A stretch of 64,000 bases of DNA from a bacterium (lineage in GTDB: Bacteria > Krumholzibacteriota > Krumholzibacteriia > G020349025). The stretch covers positions 1 through 64,000 of the forward strand of contig JANLSU010000067.1 in the NCBI GenBank assembly GCA_031362565.1, written 5' to 3'. The position numbers were made by a program, and so were the translations under genes. Of the stretch, positions 38,799 to 47,328 are shown in pieces. Numbering within the stretch: position 1 is the first letter of the stretch; every line of letters starts with the position of its first letter. Under the pieces are notes generated by a model. The model worked only from the letters and a program-made list of their open reading frames with translations, was not told the DNA's origin and searched no databases.

Positions 38799-40334
38799 TT
38801 GAGATTCGAGCCCGCACAGACAGGGTTGCGCCGGGGGCGGCGCGGCACGGCTGGGATCGTGCTTTTGGCCGCGCTCGCGCTGGGGCTGGGCCTCGGTGGG
38901 CCGGGCTGCGACGACTCGATCGACCCCAAGCCCCCCAAGGAAGGCAACCTGGCGCCGGAGACCTTCCTGCTGGTGCGCGCCGACAGCGTCGCGCCGCAGT
39001 TCTACAAGCTGCCTTTGGCCTGGCTCGGCACGGATCCCGATGGCCGGGTGGCGGGCTACAACGTTCGCTGGCAGTGCATCACCACCCCGGGCATCGCCTG
39101 CACCGATCCGGTAGCATGGTCGTTCACCACCGCGACCCGTGACACGTTTATCCTCCAGGTTCCGCAAGGCACCGCCACCTATCGCTTCGACGTCGCAGCC
39201 GTAGATGACCAGGGGGCGGTGGACCCGACCCCGGCGAGCCAGGTGGTCCGCTTCTACAACGCCGCGCCGATCGTGGCTTTTCAGGCTTCGACGACCCCGA
39301 CGCGCACTCTGCCGGCGGTGACCTTTTACGCCGAGGCGGTCGACCCGGACAGCTCCGTCAACCCCAACGACCACGACGCGGCGGGAACGATTGCGCAATA
39401 TCGCGCCTGGCTGGATGGCAACGAAGCCGCGGCCCATACGGTCCCCGCGGCAGCGGCCGGCGTGACGTTCCGTCCCGAAGACTTCCAGGGGCGTTTCGGC
39501 TCCCGCACCGTGTTTCTGCAGGCGATCGATACGGGCGGCCAATCCAGTGCGCTGGTGCAACATACCTGGCAAGTCGACGCGCCGCCCGATCAGGGGATTC
39601 TGCTCGTCGACGACTGCCGCATGGGCGGGTTCCTGGAACAGTTTTCGGATACTTCGTACCGCAATGCACTGACCGCCGCCGCCCCGGGGCGTCCGGTCGT
39701 GATGGACGTCGAGACCATTCCGCGCCTCGGCAGGGCAGATCTGGAAGCGACACTCTCGCTCTTCCATGACGTCGTCTGGTATACTGACGCCGATACGGTT
39801 TCATCCGGGGCGCTCGAATTGGCGCGGGCCGGCCTCGATTCGCTGCTCAGCCGCGGCGGCAACATGCTGCTGGTGACTGGGTTGGCGTTCGGCACGCGTG
39901 GTGCGTTCGGGCCCGAAGAGCCGCGTTTCCGCGACTTCTTCGGAATCGAAACGGTGTTCCGGGGTCCGAACGGCAGCACGAATTTCGCGCTCAGCCTGAC
40001 GGACTCGGTACGCGCGGTGGTAACGCCCGCCGTCACGCAGTTCCACTTCTTGAGCTTCGGATTGGGCGCAGTGATGGAGTGCTTCGGGTCGCGGCAGGAC
40101 GCCGCAACGCAGAGCCTCTATTTCTACCCGGAATCGACGTTCGTGCGCGGCGACAGTCTGACCCCCTTCGCGAACACCGTCCAGTTCGACGTCGGGGTGC
40201 AGCACCAGGTAGCCGCGGGCGGGCACGCCATTTACGTGAGTTTCCCGCTCGGGGTGCCGATCAACGACGTCCTGTCGGGCGAGAACGAGGCCGAGATCCG
40301 CGAGCTCCTGCGACTTGCGGGCATGGTCCCTTGA
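38799..40334 (+). CDS. Lipoprotein of unknown function
   Basis: Lipobox LGGPGC; NLAPETF; WLGTDPDG; AVDDQGAVDPTPA (Ig-like); ILLVDD domain. Confidence 0.7.
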   Translation: MRFEPAQTGLRRGRRGTAGIVLLAALALGLGLGGPGCDDSIDPKPPKEGNLAPETFLLVRADSVAPQFYKLPLAWLGTDPDGRVAGYNVRWQCITTPGIACTDPVAWSFTTATRDTFILQVPQGTATYRFDVAAVDDQGAVDPTPASQVVRFYNAAPIVAFQASTTPTRTLPAVTFYAEAVDPDSSVNPNDHDAAGTIAQYRAWLDGNEAAAHTVPAAAAGVTFRPEDFQGRFGSRTVFLQAIDTGGQSSALVQHTWQVDAPPDQGILLVDDCRMGGFLEQFSDTSYRNALTAAAPGRPVVMDVETIPRLGRADLEATLSLFHDVVWYTDADTVSSGALELARAGLDSLLSRGGNMLLVTGLAFGTRGAFGPEEPRFRDFFGIETVFRGPNGSTNFALSLTDSVRAVVTPAVTQFHFLSFGLGAVMECFGSRQDAATQSLYFYPESTFVRGDSLTPFANTVQFDVGVQHQVAAGGHAIYVSFPLGVPINDVLSGENEAEIRELLRLAGMVP

Positions 40335-40368
40335 AGTAAGCGAGTCGCAGGCAAAGGGGAGGAACCGC

Positions 40369-42324
40369 ATGAAACACATCCTTCGGGTGCTCACGGTGGG
40401 CGCCGTGGCGGTGCTGCTCGCCGCGAGCGGTGCGTTCGCCGTCGACACCACCATCTACAACATTCAGCAGGGCCTGCATTTGTCCGGTGCGGCGGTGAAG
40501 GTCCTCAGTGTCGTGATCATCGGCGTCGACGTGAAGCCGAGCACCTACGGCGTGTACGTCCAGGAATCGGCCGGCGGTGCCTATAGCGGTATCCTGGCGT
40601 TCACAGGTTCGACTTTCCCCGCCTACACGCCGGTATCGACGGTGCCCGCGGTCGGTGACGTGGTCAATGTCGAGGGGCTCTACACGGAATTCAGCGGCCT
40701 GTCGGAAATCACCAACCCGATCTTCACCAAGATCGGCACGACGACACCGCTCGTGCCGATCAAGCTGCCCGTCGACTCCCTGAAGGTCAACTATGCGGGC
40801 TCCGAACGCTGGGAAGGCGTGCTCGTTCGCGTCGACTCGGTGATCGTGACGTCGCTCAACGGTTTCAACGACTGGCGCGTGCATCACTTCAACGGTCCCG
40901 TCGGCGGGCGCGTCGATAGCCTCGTGGGCTACGAAAAGATGGTCGCCGGCCAGGTGGTGCCGGAAGTCACCGACAAGCTGAACGTCATCGGCGTCGCTGA
41001 TTTCGCCTTCTCGGAACGCCGCATCGCGCCGCGCAACGACGCCGACATCACGTTTCTGACCCCGGGTCCGGCGGCGGTGCCCAATCTGTGTTACTCGCCG
41101 GCCGAGAACAAGATCAAGGTGCGGTTCAACGTCGCGTTGAACGCCGCCGACGCCCAGACGACGTCGAAGTATTCTCTGAGTACGCTGACGCCGATCACGA
41201 GCGCCGTGTATACGGCCGCCACCAAGACCGTCCTCTTGACGACGTCCGTGAACCTGACGCCGTCGGTCACGCCGCACGTCCTGTCGATCAGCGGCATCCG
41301 CAACAGCCAGGGCACGCCGATGGTGGATCCGCAGACCATCAGCTTCATCGGCGGTGTCACGACGATCCCGTTCATTCAGACGCCGAAGTCGGCGACCAAT
41401 GACACGAGCCAAGTCGTCGGCCAGCAGGTGTCGTTCCGCGGCGTGTGCACCGGCAGTACCGCGGGTGCGTCGCCGGACTTCCCGCCGAGCATCGGTGGGT
41501 TCTACGTCCAGCAGCGTAGCGCGACCCAGTACGGCGGCATCTTCGTCTTCGGTTCACCGTCGACGCCGGCGCGCGGCGACAGCGTGTTCCTGAGCGGGCT
41601 CCTGACCGAGTTCGGGGTGGGCCCCGAGACCGAGTTGACGAGTGTCGACGAAATGACCGTACTCGGTACGAACCGTCCGCCGATCACGCCACCCGTGGTG
41701 TCGCTCTTGAACGCCAGCGGGACGATCCCGGCCGAGGCCGAGAAGTACGAAAGCATGCTCATCAAGATTCCGAACGTCTTCTCGCTCTTCACGGGCACGT
41801 TTGGTACGTCGTTCAATGTCTCGCAGAGCTTGGCCGGCGGCGATACGCTCCGAGTCGACAACTTCGCGATCAACGACCAGCAGTACGCGCCCTGGCGCGG
41901 CGATAACGACGACATCACCGGGATCATCCGGTTCAGCGGCACGGCGCCTTTCCGCCGCATCGAACCGCGCAACTGGTCCGAGCCACCGACGGGTGACATC
42001 CACGTCATCGCCAAGGCCAACGTGTCCGACGCGCCGCCCACGGCACTCCGGACGCAGTTGCTGCAGAATCAGCCGAATCCGTTCAACCCGACGACCCGTA
42101 TCGACTTCACCCTGGAACACGCGGGTCCGGTCGCGGTGCGGATCTACGATCCGGCCGGCAAGCTCGTCCGCACGGTCTTCTCGGGCGAGAAGGCGGCCGG
42201 CTTGAATAGCGTCACGTGGGACGGCAAGAACGACCAGGGCCGCCAGGCCGGTACGGGCCTCTACCTGTATCGCCTCGCCGCCGGTACCTTCACTCAAACC
42301 CGCAAGATGATGCTGCTCAAGTAA
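40369..42324 (+). CDS. Secreted protein with two ExeM/YhcR-type OB-fold modules, an Ig-like domain and a FlgD-Ig/T9SS-type C-terminal domain
   Basis: GGAGG RBS; signal peptide; repeats VYVQE..YSGI..VGDVVNVEG..TEF..ERWEGVLV and FYVQQ..YGGIFV..RGDSVFLSG..TEF..EKYESMLI; QNQPNPFNP...WDGKND...RKMMLLK. Confidence 0.75.
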   Translation: MKHILRVLTVGAVAVLLAASGAFAVDTTIYNIQQGLHLSGAAVKVLSVVIIGVDVKPSTYGVYVQESAGGAYSGILAFTGSTFPAYTPVSTVPAVGDVVNVEGLYTEFSGLSEITNPIFTKIGTTTPLVPIKLPVDSLKVNYAGSERWEGVLVRVDSVIVTSLNGFNDWRVHHFNGPVGGRVDSLVGYEKMVAGQVVPEVTDKLNVIGVADFAFSERRIAPRNDADITFLTPGPAAVPNLCYSPAENKIKVRFNVALNAADAQTTSKYSLSTLTPITSAVYTAATKTVLLTTSVNLTPSVTPHVLSISGIRNSQGTPMVDPQTISFIGGVTTIPFIQTPKSATNDTSQVVGQQVSFRGVCTGSTAGASPDFPPSIGGFYVQQRSATQYGGIFVFGSPSTPARGDSVFLSGLLTEFGVGPETELTSVDEMTVLGTNRPPITPPVVSLLNASGTIPAEAEKYESMLIKIPNVFSLFTGTFGTSFNVSQSLAGGDTLRVDNFAINDQQYAPWRGDNDDITGIIRFSGTAPFRRIEPRNWSEPPTGDIHVIAKANVSDAPPTALRTQLLQNQPNPFNPTTRIDFTLEHAGPVAVRIYDPAGKLVRTVFSGEKAAGLNSVTWDGKNDQGRQAGTGLYLYRLAAGTFTQTRKMMLLK

Positions 42325-42352
42325 GCTGCATCGTTTCAAGGGTCTAGATCCC

Positions 42353-42386
42353 AAACGGGGTGCTCCTGCGGGGGCACCCCGTTTTA
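42353..42386 (+). terminator. Rho-independent terminator
   Basis: AAACGGGGTGCTCC-TGCG-GGGGCACCCCGTTTT. Confidence 0.8.
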
Positions 42387-42416
42387 CTTGGTGGGAGCGC
42401 CACCCTGGCGGGCCCC

Positions 42417-42446
42417 TTGACGCCTGGCCCCCCAGACCGGTAGCCT
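42417..42446 (+). promoter_or_regulatory. Sigma-70 promoter for rplM
   Basis: TTGACG-N18-TAGCCT. Confidence 0.4.
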
Positions 42447-42489
42447 CCCGGTTTGCTGTGTCCGATTCAGAGGTTCCGGAGGATTTGCA

Positions 42490-42921
42490 ATGAAAACCCA
42501 CGTGGTCAAGGCGCGCGAAGTCGAGCGCGGTTGGGTGCACATCGACGCCGATGGCCAGATTGTGGGCCGGCTCGCGACGCGGGTCGCCGATATTCTGCGC
42601 GGCAAGGACAAGCCCACCTTCACGCCGTACATGGACTTGGGCGATTTCGTGATCATCACGAATTGCGCCAAGGTCAAGTTCACCGGCCGCAAGCTCGAGC
42701 AACGTACTTTTTCGAAGTACTCGGGCTGGCAGGGTGGTCTGAAGACCAAGTCGCTGCAAGAGATATTCGATAAGCATCCCGATGAAGTCGTGTACGAGGC
42801 GGTGCGCGGCATGCTGCCGCACACCAAGCTCGGCCGCGCCCAAATCAAGAAGTTACGCGTCTTCGCCGGTGCGGAGCATCCGCACAGCGCGCAGCAGCCT
42901 GAAGTTCGCAAGCTCGGCTGA
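42490..42921 (+). CDS. rplM: 50S ribosomal protein L13
   Basis: IDADGQIVGRLA; LRGKDKPTFTP; GDFVII; VRGMLP; HPHSAQQP. Confidence 0.98.
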   Translation: MKTHVVKAREVERGWVHIDADGQIVGRLATRVADILRGKDKPTFTPYMDLGDFVIITNCAKVKFTGRKLEQRTFSKYSGWQGGLKTKSLQEIFDKHPDEVVYEAVRGMLPHTKLGRAQIKKLRVFAGAEHPHSAQQPEVRKLG

Positions 42922-42984
42922 TGCCAGAGCCGTGGTGCGCCGCGGCGCGCCGTTCGTACACTCTCGACGATGGAAGGAGGGACA

Positions 42985-43380
42985 ATGCCTCAACCGACCG
43001 CGTATATGGCGACCGGCCGCCGCAAGGAAGCCGTCGCCCGGGTTCGTATCGTCAGCGGAACCGGCCAGCAAATTGTCAATGGCCGCCCGATGCGTGAATA
43101 TTTGTGCCGTGACTCGCTCGTCCGTCAGGTGCTGCAACCGCTCGAGGTTGCGCAAACCGCCATGACGTTCGATCTCCGTGCCAACGTGCACGGTGGCGGT
43201 GTGACGGGCCAGGCCGGCGCGATTCGCCTCGGACTGGCACGCGCGCTCTTGGTCTACGACGCCGAACTGCGCAAAGCCTTGCGCCGCGCCGGACTGCTCA
43301 CCCGTGATCCACGGATGAAGGAACGCAAGAAGTACGGTCTGCGTGGTGCTCGCCGCGCCTTCCAGTTCTCCAAGCGCTAA
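42985..43380 (+). CDS. rpsI: 30S ribosomal protein S9
   Basis: [42 protein letters not shown]. Confidence 0.98.
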   Translation: MPQPTAYMATGRRKEAVARVRIVSGTGQQIVNGRPMREYLCRDSLVRQVLQPLEVAQTAMTFDLRANVHGGGVTGQAGAIRLGLARALLVYDAELRKALRRAGLLTRDPRMKERKKYGLRGARRAFQFSKR

Positions 43381-43454
43381 GTCTGGGTTGCTCGTTTGTC
43401 GCGCGAACGGTGCTCGGCGCCGCTCGCTTCCTCGCGCCACGGCGCGAGGCATTT

Positions 43455-43534
43455 CACACGGCGCCCAACCAGCCGTGTCCCGTGGTGCCGCTCTTTGGAG
43501 CGGTTGGGATACGGCGGACGCCGGAGGCACAACC
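43455..43534 (+). ncRNA. rpsB 5' leader structure (t44-like, putative S2 autoregulation)
   Basis: CACAC...GGTG-hairpin(CCGCTC/GAGCGG)...GGGATAC...GGAGGCACAACC directly upstream of rpsB; resemblance recalled from memory, not computed. Confidence 0.45.
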
Positions 43535-43549
43535 TCGGAGGCTCCGTTC

Positions 43550-44440
43550 ATGGCTGCAAAACTCAGCGTCAAGGACTTGCTCGAGTCCGGCGCGCACTTT
43601 GGTCACCAGACTCGCCGTTGGAATCCGAAGATGAAGCCGTTCATCTTCATCGAACGCAACGGCATCCATATCATCGATTTGCAGAAGACTCTCGACTGCT
43701 CCAACCGGGCTTACGAAGCGGTCAAGAAAGTCGTCGAGAAGGGCGACAGCGTGCTCTTCGTCGGCACCAAGAAGCAGGCGAAGACGGTGGTCGAGGAAGA
43801 AGCCGCGCGTTGCGGCCAGTACTACGTCACCGAGCGCTGGCTGGGCGGCATGCTCACCAATTTTCAGACGATCCGCAAGAGTCTGAACCGGATGAAGGAA
43901 CTGCAGGCGCTGACCGCCGAAGGTGGCGGCTCCGAGCGCTTGAACAAGAAGGAGCGCATCCGCGTCGGTAAAGAGCTCGAGAAGCTCGAAGCGGTGCTCA
44001 CCGGTATCGCCGATCTGGACCGCGTCCCCGGGATGATCTACGTCATCGACACCAAGAAGGAAGAGATCGCGGTCAAGGAAGCCAACAAACTCGGGATTCC
44101 GGTCGTCGGCATCGCCGACACCAACGCCGACCCCGACATGATCGACTATCCGATCCCGGGTAACGACGATGCGATTCGCGCCATCCGTCTGTTCACCGCC
44201 ATGGTGGCCGACGCGGTGCTCGAAGGCCGCGAGCGTTCGCTCGAAGGCCGCGAGGCGGAGCGCAACGCCGAGGGTGCTGCCGGCAAGATCGCCCAGGAAC
44301 AGTCCGACGATCGTGACGACCGGGCGCGCCGCACCGGACGCCCGCGTCCGAGGCGCGAGGACGAGGTTGCTGCGGCACCCGCGCCCACGCCACCGCCGGT
44401 CAGCGGCCAGGTGCCGCTCGTCGACCGCTCGAACGCCTGA
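43550..44440 (+). CDS. rpsB: 30S ribosomal protein S2
   Basis: LLESGAHFGHQTRRWNPKM; RWLGGMLTNF; DTNADP; PGNDDAIRAI. Confidence 0.98.
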   Translation: MAAKLSVKDLLESGAHFGHQTRRWNPKMKPFIFIERNGIHIIDLQKTLDCSNRAYEAVKKVVEKGDSVLFVGTKKQAKTVVEEEAARCGQYYVTERWLGGMLTNFQTIRKSLNRMKELQALTAEGGGSERLNKKERIRVGKELEKLEAVLTGIADLDRVPGMIYVIDTKKEEIAVKEANKLGIPVVGIADTNADPDMIDYPIPGNDDAIRAIRLFTAMVADAVLEGRERSLEGREAERNAEGAAGKIAQEQSDDRDDRARRTGRPRPRREDEVAAAPAPTPPPVSGQVPLVDRSNA

Positions 44441-44473
44441 CGCCGCGCAACAACAACGATCTGTGGAGGAGTC

Positions 44474-45079
44474 ATGAGCGAGATACCTGCGACGGTCGTC
44501 CGCGATTTGCGCGACAAGACGGGCGCCGGAATGATGGACTGCAAGAAGGCCCTGGGCGAAGTCGGCGGCGACCTGGACAAGGCCGTCGACTGGTTGCGCA
44601 CCAAGGGCCTGGCGTCGGCGTCGAAACGCGCCGATCGCGCCACCAACGAGGGCCTCGTGCACTCGTACATTCACCCGGGCGGCCGCGTCGGGGTGCTCCT
44701 CGAAGTCAACTGCGAGTCGGACTTCGTAGCGCGCACCGAGGACTTCCAGGAACTGTGCAAGGACCTGTGCTTGCAAATCGCCGCCGCCAGCCCGACCTGC
44801 GTGCGGCGCGAGGAATTCCCGGCCGCACTCTTGGCGCGTGAAACCGGCATCTTCAACACTCAAGCACAAGAGTCCGGGAAGCCGGCCGTGGTCATCGAGA
44901 AGATGGTCGCCGGGCGCATCGAGAAGCTCTACAAGGAGTCGGTGTTGCTCGAGCAGGCGTTCGTGAAGGACCCCAACATGACGGTCGAAGAGCGGGTCAA
45001 GGCGGGCATCGCCAAGCTCGCCGAAAACATCACGGTGCGCCGGTTCGTGCGGTTCCAGCTCGGCGAAACCGTCGCGTAA
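44474..45079 (+). CDS. tsf: Elongation factor Ts (short form)
   Basis: LRDKTGAGMMDCKKAL; EVNCESDFVA; RRFVRFQLGE. Confidence 0.97.
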   Translation: MSEIPATVVRDLRDKTGAGMMDCKKALGEVGGDLDKAVDWLRTKGLASASKRADRATNEGLVHSYIHPGGRVGVLLEVNCESDFVARTEDFQELCKDLCLQIAAASPTCVRREEFPAALLARETGIFNTQAQESGKPAVVIEKMVAGRIEKLYKESVLLEQAFVKDPNMTVEERVKAGIAKLAENITVRRFVRFQLGETVA

Positions 45080-45114
45080 CACCTGTCGCACGGCGCTGCC
45101 TTGGAGCCAACGCA

Positions 45115-45840
45115 ATGCAACTGAAGTACCGACGCATCCTGCTCAAGATGAGCGGCGAATTGCTGGGCGGCGCCGCGGAATCCGGCATCAGTGTGGAGCG
45201 CGTGCACACCCTCGCCGAGGATTTGCAGGTGCTGCACCAATTGGGTGTGCAGATCGGCCTCGTGGTGGGTGGCGGCAATATTTTTCGGGGCTCGATCGGC
45301 GAGACGCGCGGCATCGACCGCGTGTCGGGTGACCACATGGGAATGCTGGCCACGGTCATCAATTCGCTGGCCGTACAGGACGCGCTCGAGAAGCACGGCG
45401 TGCCGGCCAGCGTCATGTCGGCGCTGCGAATCGAGTCGGTGGCCGAGCCGTACGTGCGGCGCGACGCGCTCCGCCGCCTCGACGCCGGCCAAGTCGTCAT
45501 CGTCGCCGCCGGCACCGGCAATCCGTTCTTCACGACCGACACGGCCGGCGTGTTGCGCGCCATCGAGCTGGGTGCCGAGGTGCTGTTGAAGGGGACCAAG
45601 GTCGACGGCGTCTACGACGACGATCCGGCCAAGAATCCCGCCGCCAAACGCTTTAACACGCTGACGTATCGCGAAGTCCTCAACCGTGATCTCAAGGTCA
45701 TGGACGCAACGGCTATTTCACTGTCCCGGGAAAATGAACTGCCGATCATCGTCTTCGACATCAGCCGGAGAGGCGACTTGCTGCGCATCGTGCAGGGCGA
45801 ATCGGTAGGCACCTGGGTCGGGAAGGGGGAGAACACATGA
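45115..45840 (+). CDS. pyrH: Uridylate kinase
   Basis: RILLKMSGE; GGGNIFRG; DHMGMLAT; GTGNPFFTTD. Confidence 0.97.
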   Translation: MQLKYRRILLKMSGELLGGAAESGISVERVHTLAEDLQVLHQLGVQIGLVVGGGNIFRGSIGETRGIDRVSGDHMGMLATVINSLAVQDALEKHGVPASVMSALRIESVAEPYVRRDALRRLDAGQVVIVAAGTGNPFFTTDTAGVLRAIELGAEVLLKGTKVDGVYDDDPAKNPAAKRFNTLTYREVLNRDLKVMDATAISLSRENELPIIVFDISRRGDLLRIVQGESVGTWVGKGENT

Positions 45841-46400
45841 GCGCTCAAGATCTCGTCCGCGAAGCTCAGGACCACATGGAAAAATCACTCGACGCAACCA
45901 AGCGCGAGTTGTCGGGCTTGCGCACCGGCAAGGCCTCGGCGGGCTTGCTCGACACCGTCAAGGTGGACTACTACGGCACCCACATGCCGCTCAAACAGAT
46001 CGCCAACGTCTCGGCGCCCGAAGCCCGGCTGCTCACCGTGCAGCCTTTCGACAAGGGCGCCGGCGCCGCGATCGAGAAGGCGATCCGCGACTCGGGCCTG
46101 GGCCTCAACCCGCAGTCCTCCGATGGCGGCATCATTCGGATTCCGCTTCCGACCTTGACCGAAGACCGGCGCAAGGAACTCGCCAAGGTCCTGCGCGGCA
46201 TGGTCGAACACGGCCGCGTCGCGGTGCGCAACATCCGCCATCACACCAACGACCACCTGAAGCAGCTCGAGAAGGAGGGCACGATCACCGAGGACGAGCA
46301 CAAGCGCGAAGCCAAGCGCGTCCAGGACATGACCGACGCCCACATCAAGAAGCTCGACGACCTGCTGAAGGTCAAAGAAGCCGAGATCATGGAAGTCTGA
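45837..46400 (+). CDS. frr: Ribosome recycling factor
   Basis: LRTGKAS; VDYYG; GLNP; LTEDRRKEL; KEAEIM. Confidence 0.97.
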   Translation: MSAQDLVREAQDHMEKSLDATKRELSGLRTGKASAGLLDTVKVDYYGTHMPLKQIANVSAPEARLLTVQPFDKGAGAAIEKAIRDSGLGLNPQSSDGGIIRIPLPTLTEDRRKELAKVLRGMVEHGRVAVRNIRHHTNDHLKQLEKEGTITEDEHKREAKRVQDMTDAHIKKLDDLLKVKEAEIMEV

Positions 46401-46490
46401 TCCCCCCTTTGGGGGCAACCTCTGGCGTTTGTCTCCCAAACGTCTCGGATGCCGCGGGTCGGGAACAATCCACCCCCCCTGTCCGTTTCA

Positions 46491-46728
46491 AGGTGTGACG
46501 AGACCGCCAGCGCGGTCGCGAGACAGAGCGGGAGCCGATCGACCGGGCCAAGTCCAAAGGACGAACGCGGGCCCAGGCTGCGGATCCCCCTCCGAGCAGC
46601 CGAGCCCGCGTCCCTTGGATCCGGACGAACGGTGCCCCCCGGTTCTGTCTCAACCCAGGTCGTAGCCTGCCCATGTCCCCGGCAGGAGCGCCCGGTGAGC
46701 CGTGTTCGGCGCCTCGTCGACCTCACCT
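46491..46728 (+). ncRNA. Candidate structured non-coding RNA of unknown family
   Basis: Nested complementary segments forming a roughly 130-nt rod plus smaller hairpins, followed by a terminator; no credible ORF. Strand inferred from the terminator. Confidence 0.45.
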
Positions 46729-46752
46729 CTCCTGATGGAGAGTCTCCGCATG

Positions 46753-46786
46753 AACGGGCCAGCGACGTCGCTGGCCCCGTTTCTTT
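46753..46786 (+). terminator. Rho-independent terminator
   Basis: AACGGGCCAGCG-ACGT-CGCTGGCCCCGTTTCTTT. Confidence 0.7.
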
Positions 46787-46861
46787 GGTACGCCCCGAAT
46801 TGCCACTCCGTGCGGCCGGTGTCCGAACCCCGCCTCGGGCGCCGCCACCCTGCCTCGTGCC

Positions 46862-46889
46862 TTGACACTGGGTCGCCGCGGAGTAAACT
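46862..46889 (+). promoter_or_regulatory. Sigma-70 promoter of the nuo operon
   Basis: TTGACA-N16-TAAACT. Confidence 0.6.
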
Positions 46890-46902
46890 ATCGAGTCGGT
46901 TT

Positions 46903-46924
46903 GTTTGAGAAATTTTTCTCAAAC
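46903..46924. promoter_or_regulatory. Palindromic operator, Rex-box-like
   Basis: GTTTGAGAAA-TT-TTTCTCAAAC perfect inverted repeat; core TTGAGAA-N4-TTCTCAA versus Rex consensus TTGTGAA-N4-TTCACAA. Confidence 0.55.
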
Positions 46925-46977
46925 TCACCCAACTCGAAGTACCACAAGAACTTGGGCGCGTGTGGGGGAGACGGCAC

Positions 46978-47328
46978 GTGAGCTATCTGCCGCTCGCTTT
47001 CGTGATCGGGCTCGCGTGCCTGGTGCCGGTGCTGCTCTTTGGACTGCAGCGGCTCCTGGCGCCACGCCGCCCGAATGTCGCCAAGCTGGAGACTTACGAG
47101 TGCGGGGCGCCCATCATCGGCAGCCCGCACCAGCGCCAGCCGGTCAAGTTCTACATCGTTGCCGTGCTGTTCCTGCTCTTCGACATCGAGACCGTGTTCC
47201 TCTTTCCCTGGTCGGTGCTCTATCGCCGGCTCGGGGTCTTTGGTCTGGTCGAAATGGGCGTTTTCCTCGCGGTGCTGGTGTTCGGCCTGGTCTACGTCTG
47301 GCGCAAGGGCGCCTTGGAGTGGGAATGA
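46978..47328 (+). CDS. nuoA: NADH-quinone oxidoreductase subunit A
   Basis: [23 protein letters not shown]. Confidence 0.95.
   Translation: MSYLPLAFVIGLACLVPVLLFGLQRLLAPRRPNVAKLETYECGAPIIGSPHQRQPVKFYIVAVLFLLFDIETVFLFPWSVLYRRLGVFGLVEMGVFLAVLVFGLVYVWRKGALEWE

Noticed and set aside
46570..46605. SRP RNA helix 8 (CAGG...AGCAG)
   Set aside because: It lacks the short stem and GNRA tetraloop between CAGG and AGCA.
46449..46865. 138-aa ORF in the frr-nuoA gap
   Set aside because: Pro/Arg/Ser-rich with no RBS or motif, and it runs through a terminator into the nuo promoter. RNA structure explains the region better.
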